From NCBI GenBank assembly GCA_965153285.1, contig OZ229110.1: 64,000 bases of DNA; one strand, written 5' to 3'. Positions 40,656-52,038 of the stretch are shown here, in pieces. Position 1 is the first letter of the stretch. The number at the start of each line of letters is the position of its first letter. Under the pieces are notes generated by a model. It was not told the origin of the DNA and ran no database searches. It worked only from the letters and a program-made list of their open reading frames with translations. The stretch comes from Podarcis tiliguerta. Its lineage: Eukaryota. The position numbers and the translations under genes were made by a program.

Positions 40656-40911
40656 GTACATGCGAGTCCTGCCTATTTCCCCATATTATAACATTGGTGT
40701 CTGGGTTTAAATGGTGGTTAGCTTCTCTTGCCCTGTGTAGATCTTGACCATATCTGGGCTAAAAGAAAAAAGATTGTGTACATCAGATATTTCCTGTGTT
40801 GGTGCTAGCATGTATTCTATGAGTACACATGGTGCATGTGAGAACCTAATGTTTTTCTGCCTTCCTTTATTTATCCTAAAATGTTGAGAACTGGACATCT
40901 GTTTTTGACAG

Positions 40912-41227
40912 GGACTTCGCAGTCAACTGACTTTGTCCTCAAGTCAGAAATGGAATGTGAAGAAGAGGAGGAGATAGTGGAGGAAGATGAAGAACTGGAG
41001 ATACCTCGGGAGGAAACAGCTGGCTCTCTTAGGAACATGCAGGTGAAATTTAAGCCAGAGTTGCCAGAACAGGTGGAGCATCCCAAAAAGGAAAAGTTGT
41101 CAAAGGAGTCTGAACAGAAACCTGTCCGTGAAGCTCTGCTGCTTCAAGCCAAAACGGAACCAATGCCAAAAGATGCCGAGCTTCCATTTAATTTGCTACA
41201 GGTTTTACAGGAGAACAGTAATCTAAG
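40912..41227 (+). CDS. TTLL5: TTLL5 coding exon (approx. 20), Glu-rich: TSQSTDFVLKSEMECEEEEEIVEEDEE...FNLLQVLQENSNL
   Basis: tttgacag| and |gtagga, 316 nt. Matches track ORF 40881..41231. Confidence 0.93.
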
Positions 41228-42577
41228 GTAGGAGTTTTAATGAGATTTATTTGACTATCATTGTGGCAAATATGAGGCAAGCATGTAAACCAGAGTCCTT
41301 GTCCGCTTGTGAAAAGGCATGTTTTTGTACTACACCCCTGTTTTTTAGGTTGTAGAGGAATTGCTTCATAAAACGTATGCTTTGGCCTCTTAATCTTCCC
41401 TAGGCCAATGGATGGATGCTACTGTTAATGCCCTGCATTCATTTAGTGCCCCAAGTGTACCAGATGCTATACAGAATACTAAAATAGTTTGTATACTTGT
41501 CCGGTTGGCTTATTCTGTTTGCCTGCTGGTGGGCAAAAGTGAAGACAGTGTTGATAAGAAGCAGTGAGAATGAGGTAGGGTGTTCTAATGGTTCAATAGA
41601 GAACTTCCATTGCCAGTGTTTAGCTAGGGGTAGAGAAATCCATACTGGTGACACAATACATAATTTGCTTGTTAGTTCTACTTTTTCCTTTGCTATCTAT
41701 TAGCTAACCCACTGTAGGAGTTAGGTGAGTTACTTTTTGAAGCATGATAAAACAAATGTATGGTATGTGGTACAGGGGATCAAAAAGGAAGAACAGTTGA
41801 AGGGTTAGAACAAACAGGTCCTTGGGTGATATGTCTTTCTGCTTTATGATGTAGAGTTGTATTAAGACAATAAATTGTCCTACATGCTCACCTTGAATAA
41901 CTTGCACAGTCCCTCTTGGGGTTTAGAGAGAAATGGATAGGCAGCAAAATCTTAGTATAAGTTTCACACCACCAAATGTTGTTTCTCCCCACCTCCCACC
42001 CCTGAGGTTTGTTTTTGAGAGAAAGCTTCCCTGTTTGAGGCTTGAGTTAGTTTTTCTTATTTAGTCTGGGAAACATGGGAAGTCTCCTTTGCATAGCACT
42101 TTTGAGGGAGTTTTCCTGTTTTAGTGGACTAATTAAACTACTCATGAGAAGCAAAATCATAGCTTCGGAACATCCTAGAACCATGATGACGATAAATTGT
42201 TTCAAACTTATCCTAATGTTCATGTGGGAAGTTGTCAACCCCACTTTCTGTCCTACTATAGCCTCCTGTGGTATTCCAGTGAGAGAATGAGGAACTCTGA
42301 TACCCAGATGTGTTCTTCTGGATGTCTATTTTGAAAAATGAGCTAGAGTTTTAACTTCATTTTCTAAAATGGACTGCCAGCAGCAAATTCTGTTGCCATA
42401 GATGCTGCTTTTTCATGTCCAGGTTGGCAACCAGATGTGGTGGGAATTTGGGGCCTCCAGTTGCTGGCCAAGATTGTAAAATGGTCCTTTGCCCTGTGTA
42501 CTGAAGGGTTCTTTGTCGAAAAACAAAGGTGTTTATCTGTACTTCTGACTGCTGTCTGTGCCTCTCTGTTTCTACAG

Positions 42578-42698
42578 CAAAGTTCAGGCTCGCAGGGCTT
42601 TCTCTGCCTATCTGCAACGTGTGCAGCTGCGCCTGATGAAAGAGGCTGGAGATCAGGTCCATAATCCTGCCTGGGCTGCCAAAGAGGATGAGCAGATG
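42578..42698 (+). CDS. TTLL5: TTLL5 coding exon (approx. 21): [40 protein letters not shown]
   Basis: ctacag| and |gtaaga, 121 nt. Confidence 0.96.
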
Positions 42699-43991
42699 GT
42701 AAGAGATTGTTTGCTTGCCCTGCTCCTTTCAGGGAGGAGCCCAGCTCATCTTACTCCACGTTCCTGAATTACAGTTAGTGTGAAGCTGATTCCCATCAGC
42801 TTGAGCTAAACAGCTAGATCCTGTTAACTCATCCTGCCTCTGTTACTGAAATGACTTGAACTCCTCTCTGAACCAATGTAGACTGTTGGTGTGCAGAGCA
42901 GGTAGAAGAGGTGTACTTTGGACTCCTGGGTAGAAGAAGCATTTTTGAATATTGCTGAAGTGATGGCCACCTGTGATTGCCATCCGTTATTTTATTTTAT
43001 TTTTTGCATAGCCTCCCTGAAGCCCACTTCTTAGTTTAAGCTCTCTGTATGTCAATCGGTTTTCAGGTATGACTTTGAGTTGTCTGCCGGTTTCCCCAGA
43101 CAGTAGCTAAATTATTGTACTGTATCTGAGGCAGTTGCCTTACAGTGCTTATTGACTTCAGTCCACATTTCTAGTCCTTGCCCTCAGCTGGCAGCCCACA
43201 TGGAGACACTGTGAAAATCCCGTATGGGTAGAGAGCCAATCTAGCTCATAGATTAAAACCCTTATGTCAGGAATTGGGAATAATCAGTGTGCCTCAGTGG
43301 AAAATGTTACCCTTGCTCTTTCCAAGTGGAAAATTGAAACTGGTTCTCTGAGAGCTGCTTTGTCTGCTATGCTGTGAAAAATAATGTTTAAAATAACAGA
43401 TCAAACCAGCCTAATATAATGCTAGTGAGAGGCGAGCTGTGAAATTCAACGCTTTGGCTATGAAGCAGTTTGCTTGCATGCTAGCAGGGCACCTAACCAA
43501 AAGTAAATCCAGAGTGGAGACAGAATATGTTTGAAACTAAACACTCACAGCAGGCGTCTTGCTCTAGCACTCACTTTAAAGTGAGGGTAGTTCTCCCTGC
43601 CATTGGCTGATGGCATAGTAGGAGGGATTGGTGTGGTTTTTGAGACAAAGTTGGTGCAAGGCACAGAGCATAGAGAGTGACCAGAGGTGGTGCCAGAGAT
43701 GCATGAAGGTGACAATAATAGAAGTGGTCAGAGTTTTATTTGAAAGCCTGCTATCCTTAGAGAGATGCACTTTTGTCTGCAGTTATTTTCAGCAATCATA
43801 GATTATGTTAGAATCCCAAGGCTTTTGCTTTGCACCTTTTTGTCAATAAGTTTACTTTTATTTATTGACTTTTTGCAACCCAGTTTCTCTTATCCTCAAC
43901 CCAAACACACTTTGAAAATCGTTTCTAGTAGAGTGATGTATATGAAGATAAACAAATGGGCTCACTCTTTGATTTTTTTTCTTGGTGGCAG

Positions 43992-44138
43992 GAACTGGTT
44001 GTTCGCTTTTTAAAGCGAGCAGCCAATAATCTTCAACAGTCTTTGAGAATGCTGCTCCCGAGTCGGCGCCTGGCCCTGTTTGACCGTAGGCGCATCTTGG
44101 CTCACCAGCTAGGTGAATTCATCATCTGCTATAATAGG
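43992..44138 (+). CDS. TTLL5: TTLL5 coding exon (approx. 22): [49 protein letters not shown]
   Basis: ggcag| and |gtgagt, 147 nt. Confidence 0.96.
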
Positions 44139-45469
44139 GTGAGTATGGCATGTGCCAGCTCAGTTCTAACACAGCAGAGGATTTATGCAGATGATCTAGA
44201 GCAACACTCCTTGTTTTGTTTTATTGCTTCTAGGGTTGGCCCAAATGTTTCAGAGAAGGAGGGAAAGCAGAAGCATGAGTCATTCATATTCCTGCTTTCT
44301 GTCCTACTGTAATGATTGAATAGAATCTTTTTGCATGTTACCTACGGGTGATCCATGAACTTCTGGAGCTCACAGATGGTATTGTGAAATTCTCAAATTT
44401 TGTTTCTGATATTACAGGATAAGCAGAAGCTTCTTTTTTTGAGCTTTGGCTTTCCCTGTTTCTTCATAATGAAATGCAGGAGCCTACATTTATATCTTGC
44501 CCACGGTCAAATGGCAAAATGCATGCGCAGCCCTGTCAGTTGTGAATTGTGTAGGTGCATTTTACAGTGAACAGCCCCTCTCTCCTCCTGCTCCTCAGGT
44601 AAATCCAACATGTGCATTATGTGTGTTTTGCCATTTATACTTGGTACTTTTTGTACCAAATAATGAATTAGCTTTTACTGTATTGAATAGTTAATACCCA
44701 GCATCTGGGTAGTGCAGAAGAATTTGCATTTTTATATTTTCAAAGCATTAGAATTATTTCCACAATCAGGATTTTTTTGGGGTACATTTGTACTATAAAG
44801 ATACACAGTAGATGGTAAATCAGCTTATAACCATACATGATTTATTGCAGCAAAAAAGGATCAGTCAGGATTTTAAGAAACAAATGTTTAAGCTACTAAA
44901 CGTCTTGAGGCACAGATGTGTTTATTTCACAATTTGGACTCAAGACAAATTTATTTCACTCAGCTGAGATAACTGTATATACATTTTGAATAAAAGCTCC
45001 TTGTCTTGAGCAAGATAAGCAAAACTCATCTTGTTACTGAAGTCTGTTACCATGAAGTTACATTCCAGTGGTAAGAATATTGTCTTCAGCCCTGTGCCTC
45101 AGGCATAGCCATGCTGCTACAAGTGCATTTGAGAAGCTATCACTGGCTACCTGAACTAACAGATCATGTTTTGGAGTTTTTGAAGTGCAAGAGAAGATAT
45201 CATGGAATACTCACTGAGGTCTTGTTTAAAAGATAACCTTTCTAGCACAGAAGCACATTGGATATTTTTACAGAGGAGCATTTGAAAATGTCACTGTGCT
45301 GCTTGTAGTGACACTGCTGATTTCTCTAGTCAGAGGTCAGCCTAAAGATCAGTATAGTCCCTGTGTGGCTTAGGAGTGTCACGTTCACCAAGTGGAGGTC
45401 TTGCGCAGCCTCCACCCATGTACTCTTCCTGAAAGCACCCAAAGTGTTACGTAATGTAGCAGTGTTGTT

Positions 45470-46090
45470 GTTGTTATATTTATCAAACACTTTCTACTAT
45501 AGAGTTTCTAAGCAGCTTATAATAGGAAATTAATTCAATGCAGATCCCAAAACTTTTTCTAAGAACACAAAAATAATTATATATCGATTATAAAAATGGA
45601 AAGCAGAATTCCTCCCTACACAGTTGTAATCAGCAAAAGATTTAAAATAGCTATGATAACAGCGCAGATGGTTAAATGCTAGGAAAACAGAAAAGTGTTT
45701 GCCTGGTGCTGAAAAGATGTTGGCACAGGTGAGTCTCCCTGGAGAAAGCATTCCATCTGTACCACACTCCAAACTTCTCTTGGAGCGTGGACTTGCAGAA
45801 AAACCTCTGATTATAATCTCAGGGTCCAGGTAGGCTCCTGTCAGAGTAGGTGTTCATAAACTATTGAGATGCTAAGCCATATAAGGCTTTATAAGTGAAA
45901 ACCAGCATGTTAGACTGGACTCAGCAATATACTGGCAGCCATTGCAGCTAGACCAGATCAGTGTATATGATTGGACACTATTCCATGTCAGCAGTCTGGT
46001 CGCTGAATTCTGCACTAGTTTCCAAACCGTCTTAAAGGAAGCCTCACCTATAATCCATTGCAGTAATCCAGCCTTGAAGTTACGTAGAAC
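45470..46090 (-). mobile_element. Old L2 LINE 3' fragment
   Basis: aggctttataagtgaaaaccagca..actggcagcca..gctgaattctgcactagttt..cattgcagtaatccagcct, the reverse of the L2 RLDYCN..LQLVQN..HWLP region. Confidence 0.7.
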
Positions 46091-46163
46091 ATAGACCCTA
46101 ACAGGAAGCCTTTATGGACAGAAAAGCTGGTTTGAGAGCTTACTTAATTTTACTTATTTGCAG

Positions 46164-46264
46164 GAAACAGATCAAATGGCTCAGAGAAAGTTAATGAAGA
46201 ATCAGGAGGATGAAGAGGAAGGGGTAGATGCTGAAGGCTTTCACAAATTTGTTACTAAGGCAAG
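46164..46264 (+). CDS. TTLL5: TTLL5 coding exon (approx. 23): ETDQMAQRKLMKNQEDEEEGVDAEGFHKFVTKA
   Basis: tttgcag| and |gtatga, 101 nt. Confidence 0.94.
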
Positions 46265-47018
46265 GTATGAATTTACTTTAAAGCAGGAATAATTGTGCCA
46301 GGCTCTCATACCTTGAACTGCAGCAGAGGGGGAGTTGTTGGCATATGCTCAGTGGTTTGGGAGGCACTGAGGGCTGGCAAAACACTTCCTTTACTCCTCC
46401 CTAGGTGGGAAAGAACCCTGGATTTTGAGGCTTTCTTTAGCTGTATGGGCCTCTTATATGAGCACAATTTTTAAATGCCACATGGCAGCTGATATGTGGG
46501 GGATAAATTCTGCAACGGTAACAGGCATGTGCAGCCAAGGAAAGGGGAGATGAAGGGGAGAAAGAAGCTTTCTGTGGCTGCTTGTGCCTGTTCCCTGGGC
46601 AGAATTTGAATCAAGCTCATAATCCAATGAATGGAAGTTAAATCCTGCTGCGTTGGCTGCTAGTGCCTTTTCCTTGCTCAGAACGGGCACCTGTAAGCCA
46701 ATGCAGAATCGAATTCTACACTCCCACCAATCAAGTTTGATAAGTGGGTGTGGTTTGGGGGAAATGGCCTTGGCCAAGATTGGCCTGTGGCCTGGATATT
46801 CCCTACCCTTTATGTAGGGCTTCTGTTCATGTGAAGGGATTTATGTGAGCACAATTCTACATGCATAGAAACTCCCCTCTCTCGTGCTGTCGAATGCAGA
46901 AAGGTTGGGAGCGGCAGGCATAAGCCCGTGCTCCTCCATCTGTTCATTATTGAAGCAGGTGAGGTATTTGACCTATCATCGTCTTCAGTTAGTTTTCCCT
47001 TCTGTGTCTCTCTCTTTC

Positions 47019-47082
47019 ATAGAATCAGAGTAGAATTGAAAGGGACCCCAAGGGCCATCTGGTCTACCCCCCTGCAATGCTG
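47019..47082 (-). mobile_element. CR1/SINE 3' tail fragment
   Basis: atagaatc..gggaccccaagggccatctggtc..ccccctgcaatgc. Confidence 0.7.
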
Positions 47083-47175
47083 ATGCTTCAAGAGTCTCTC
47101 TGTATCTATTTCAGTTCTGTCACCACATTGTAAAAGCTTGCCACTTGCTCCTTTTCTACTCTTTTCACATCTTAG

Positions 47176-47288
47176 CGAAAGTGATCTTGAGGAGGTGTTG
47201 ACTTTTTACACACACAAGAATAAGTCAGCAAGTGTCTTCCTGGGAACAAATCCTGGAGTTACACAGAATAGTACCAGCCAGTTGGAAG
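47176..47288 (+). CDS. TTLL5: TTLL5 coding exon (approx. 24): [37 protein letters not shown]; an alternative in-frame donor extends it to 47303
   Basis: tcttag| acceptor. Donors AAG|gtaagg (after 47288) and AAA|gtgagc (after 47303) are both phase 1. Confidence 0.92.
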
Positions 47289-47415
47289 GTAAGGCCAAAG
47301 AAAGTGAGCATACTTTTTGCTGCTTATCATTGTTACTGATAACTTCCCACAGAGAGATGGAGAAATATAGGTGCAGTATTTTTAATCCCCCCCCCCCATT
47401 TCCTCATTTTACATA

Positions 47416-47678
47416 CAGTGGTGCCTCGCAAGACGAAATTAATTCGTTCTGCGAGTTTTTTCGTCTTGTGAATTTTTTCGTCTTGCGAAGCACCACTGTG
47501 TATTGACGGTTTCCCATAGGAATGCATTGGCGGTTTTAAAAAAAAGGCGCAAGACGTTTTGTCTTGCGAAGCAAGCCCATAGGGAAATCCGTCTTGCGAA
47601 GCAACTCAGAAAACGAAAAACTCTTTCGTCTTGCGAGTTTTTCGTCTTCCGAGGCATTTGTCTTGCGAGGTACCACTG
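47416..47678 (+). mobile_element. Tc1/mariner MITE, family B (shorter variant)
   Basis: TA|CAGTGGTGCCTCGCAAGACGAA...GTCTTGCGAGGTACCACTG|TA. Confidence 0.92.
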
Positions 47679-47921
47679 TACATTTAACATAGAAGAACAA
47701 ATGTATACTTAGTCTCCCTAGCTGATGTGTGGAAATACCAAATTGACAATAATTTTCAGTGCTGGAATGGATTTGTGCTTGTAACATACTGTCAAGTTAT
47801 TTACCATATTAAAAAGCAGTAGTGGCTAACACATTGGAAAGCCTTGTTGCATACTGTTCTCCAGCTGAGTTATAACTGGGAATCTCTCCCCCTCCCCCCC
47901 CAATTCCAAACTTCATTTCAG

Positions 47922-48035
47922 ATCAGCCAGAAACAGTGGAAGAAGCTGCAAAACAGCAACCTGAAATCCCAGTGGAAAAGGAAAACGTGGCAGAGAAACT
48001 GAGAAGTGACCAACTCAAAGCAACCAGACTATCCA
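47922..48035 (+). CDS. TTLL5: TTLL5 coding exon (approx. 25): QPETVEEAAKQQPEIPVEKENVAEKLRSDQLKATRLS
   Basis: tttcag| and |gtgagt, 114 nt, phase 1-1. Confidence 0.87.
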
Positions 48036-48925
48036 GTGAGTGAGAACAATGGAGAGGACTAAACTAGCAATACATAACAATAGGAACAGGTGCTGGATGT
48101 TAGAGTCTGACAGAATTTTATGGCTTCTTTTCGAATTCAGGCGCATTTATAATTGGTGGCTACAGCAGTAAATGGTCTTTCTTAACAAATCTTCCACCGA
48201 CATTAATATTTATAACAGAATAATCAGCCAGCTGACATGCCAAAAATTGTCATTTCCTCCCAAATTCTAAACCCATAATCTAGAGTTAATCATGGTCAGA
48301 ATTCTTTGCTATATTTCCATTGCGGTGTCCGTAACAATGGATCAGTCAAGTGGAAGATACTCAAGTCCACTGTTGGAGAACTTGTGGCCCTTTAAATGTT
48401 GCTGGATTCCTTATGAGCCCTAGTCCAGCATCTTGTTCTCACATTGTTCAGCCAGATGCCTATGGGAAGCTTGCAGGCAGGACCTGAATGCTGCAGCACT
48501 CTCCCTACTTGTATTCAGAGGCAGTTGAGATAGAGCAGAGTCATCATTTTATAAGACTCATTTGAAAAATTCAGTTGTAGAAAAAGCATGTTATGGAAAA
48601 TTGTTGTGTAGTCTGCCTTGAATAATATCTCGTGTCCTTTGTTTACATAAGATGGAATTCAATATAATGCTAAGTGGGGCATGTGGGGGACAATGAGGTT
48701 TACTTGCGCAACAAGACTTTTCTACCCTCTTCTCCCCCCACATGGCCTACTAAACCTGTTTTGGGTTTTCCCTCAACCTTCCAGATTTGTGGGACTTGTG
48801 GGGGAAGATGGGGAGTTCCATAGCACAAGCAGATCTCATTCCGCACAGTCAGTAACTCAGTTGAATTTCAGCCATTGTCCTCCTGCACAATTTTGTAAAA
48901 GACTACTCTAGCGTAATTGTGAAAA

Positions 48926-49574
48926 TAGTGGTACCTTCATTCTCAAACACCTTGGTACTCATATGCCTTGGTTCCCAAACGCTGAACACCCGGAAGTAAG
49001 TATTTTGAATGCTTTTCAGAAGCTGAATGTCCAATGTGGCTGTCGGCTATTGTTTCCGGGGGCCCTGCACACCAATCAGAAGCTGTGCCTTGGTTTTTGA
49101 ACATTTTGGAAGTCAAATGGACTTCCGGAATGGATTAAGTTTTTGCTATTTATTTTGCTTTTTTGTTTTTGAGGCTTTTTTGGTTAAGTTGTTTTTGTGA
49201 CTGTGTGGAACCCAGTTCAGCTATTAATTGATTGATTATGTGACTGTGGAAATGGATAAAAGCCCCCCATCCAAACAATGACTTTCATCAGTGCAGGTAA
49301 GAAAGAATTGTAATTGCAATTTTTATCATCTACAGTACTGTCTTACTTATTTTATAGTAAGTACATTGATTATTGTTTTTGTTTTCTGGATAATGGTCTT
49401 GTTAGATAGTAAAATTCATGTTAAATTGCTGTTTTAGGGGTTGTTTTTAGAAGACTGGAACAGATTAATCTGTTTTGCATTACTTTCTATGGGAAAGTGA
49501 CCTTGGTTTTGGAACGCTTTGGTTTTGGAACGAACTTCCAGAAGGAATTAAGTTTGAGAACCAAGGTACCACTG
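48926..49574. mobile_element. About 650-bp Tigger-like non-autonomous DNA transposon
   Basis: TAGTGGTACCTTCATTCTCAAAC / GTTTGAGAACCAAGGTACCACTG|TA inverted termini. Confidence 0.82.
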
Positions 49575-49642
49575 TACTAAATTTGTGTTTTACTTCAATG
49601 TTCTGATCAGATTGGATATGTCTTTTTTTACAAAAAAAATAG

Positions 49643-50032
49643 GGATGCCCTCTTCGGCAGAAGATGAACAGAATGCACCGCAACCCAGCCTCCTTAGTAC
49701 GTCTTCCTTTGTTCCAAGTGCCATCCTTCCACAAAGCATCAACTCCCAGCTATCCTCTCATCCTGCTGCCTCAGATAATGCACAGGTGCCTGATCATCGC
49801 CCAGGGCTCTCTTTTTCATCTGGTTCTAGACTGACTCCTTCCCCTTCTCTCCAAAGCACAGCACCTGACATCTGGTCTAACACAGCAAAAATTACACCCC
49901 GCCTGTCCTCAAACAATGCAAGCTTACACCGTTGTCGGTCTGGCAGTTACACTGCCAGCCCCTTCTCTTCCTTTCAGAGTGCTTTGCAGATCTACAGCCA
50001 GAGACTGTCCCGACCAGCTTCAGCAAAAGCGG
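49643..50032 (+). CDS. TTLL5: TTLL5 coding exon (approx. 26), Ser/Pro-rich: MPSSAEDEQ...[36 protein letters not shown]
   Basis: atag| and |gtaagc, 390 nt. Has the RCRSGS and FSSFQSA..IYSQ.LSRP.SAKA signatures. Matches track ORF 49585..50055. Confidence 0.92.
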
Positions 50033-52038
50033 GTAAGCCATATCTGACTGCTTAGCTGGCACTGTATTGTAATATTTTTACTGTCTTGCAGTATTCAGAA
50101 TAGCTCGAATTGGCACAACGGGTCAGAATGTGGCTATGCAAGCAAAATTTGGGGAAATACTTACTTATGGCTTGCTAAAAAGAATAATACAGCTAATCAG
50201 ATTCAGAAATTGGCCTCTAGTTAAGTCCTAGATTAATAATACATGTGTGAAATTATTATTATTATTATTATTTTGGCAACTTCCAGAAATATAGGATCAT
50301 TTTGCTTCTCCAATCTAGTTGCTGTTGGCACATGACACGGCTTGGCAGTGATCCCCGGCAGTCCAGGAAGTGATGATTAAAGTTTACGCATGTGAAACTG
50401 CTTAGGGCAAAGTGTAGGGCAGCAACAGAAAGTAACCTGAATTGAAGTATGAATGGATGACTCAGATTAATAGCTCTTTGGAATAATTCTGTATTTGTAC
50501 TGTGAAGCAGCTATTCTGCTCACATTGTCAGGCAATATAGCTCTCAGCTGTCCGAGAACTTTGTCACTAATGATACACATGAAGGGTTTAAATATGGAGA
50601 CTGGTGCCATTTTTGGTATGGCATATTCTCACATCCTTGGTGCTTTTCAATTGCCAATTGGGCCACTAGCACCTGAGAGCTTCTTGCATACAATGTTTCT
50701 TTTTCCTTATCAGTTTCATGTTGGTGGCTTGCAACTCTCTCACTTCAAAATAGTACTGCAGCATTTTTCTTAACAATGGTATTTCTAGGTGTTCTATTCT
50801 GCACTTCTTTCCTGCATTCACATTTTAGTGATGGTTCCTCTCTTTTCAAGTGCCCTCCCTGGGGAGGCCTTCCTGAGACCTCACTTCTAAACATTGTGGC
50901 AGGGAATTTAGCAATGAAGGATTCGATATCAGTAGGAAGTAATGTCAGTAATTGCCAGCTGTTTACGCCATGCTCTTCCTGCATCTGCTGTCATACAGGG
51001 ACTGATTCTGCCCCTGAACCACAATTTTGTAAGTGGTTTGTCTCAGTAATTCTCAGCCTCTCAAGTAGGCCTTGGGGGTAAAAAAAAACTTGAGAACCTC
51101 TGCTTTGTTAGACAAGGATGAGATGACAATAAAACTGCAAATGGCCCAGTGACCTTTTAGATGTTGAAGGGGATGTTAGGCTCTAGCTCGATTTAGCTGT
51201 TTCAGGCTTGCAGTCCTGAGGGATAGGTGCCAGAGCTGAGAAATGCAGATAAAGTCTGCTCAGATGAGACTGAGATTTCCCAAGAAGTGGCAATACTACC
51301 CCACAGTGGTAGTATTGGTGAGCTTAACTCTGTTGTATCAAACTCCTATCTTTCACCTCTTCAAAATATCCAACGGTAGGTTTTTCTTTGAACCTTCTTT
51401 CTCGGAGTTTTGATTTTTCTTCTGGTTTAACTTTGTCTTCTAAATATAACTCTGCTACACTACGCACCATATATTGTGTTTTTAATATTATGTTGGCAGC
51501 TGCCCAGAGTAGCTGGGGAAGCCCAGCCAGATGGGTGGGGTATAAATAAATTATTATTATTATCCATATATAAGATGATGTTTTTTGCTAAAACAAATTA
51601 GTAAAAAATTGGGCGTCGTCTTATACACAGATGGTGAAGGAACAGGGGTAAAAGAAGCAGCGGCTGCCGTGTAGAAGCTGCTGGAATGCGCTTGCAAGGC
51701 TGATGCTTGCCTATTGCTCAACAACTCAAGGGTGCCCTGCAGGTTGGAGCTGCTGCATCACTCTGGCGGGTGCATGCCCACCCCTAGCGCCGATGGATCA
51801 CACTCTGTCATTAAACTATTGATTTCTTAGTTTCTGGGTCATCTTATACATGTGGGGCGTCTTATACACATTAAAATATGGTAATATTTAGCCATGGCTC
51901 CCTTTAGAAACCAGAATACTTTTTCTTGGTTCATTTTTTCGCTTATTGGTTTTTACAACTTTCCAAGTCATCATTTTTCAAGAAAATTAAATTTCCCTTC
52001 CTATAATTTGTCCTTTATAAGTAGGATGTAGTGTTCTG

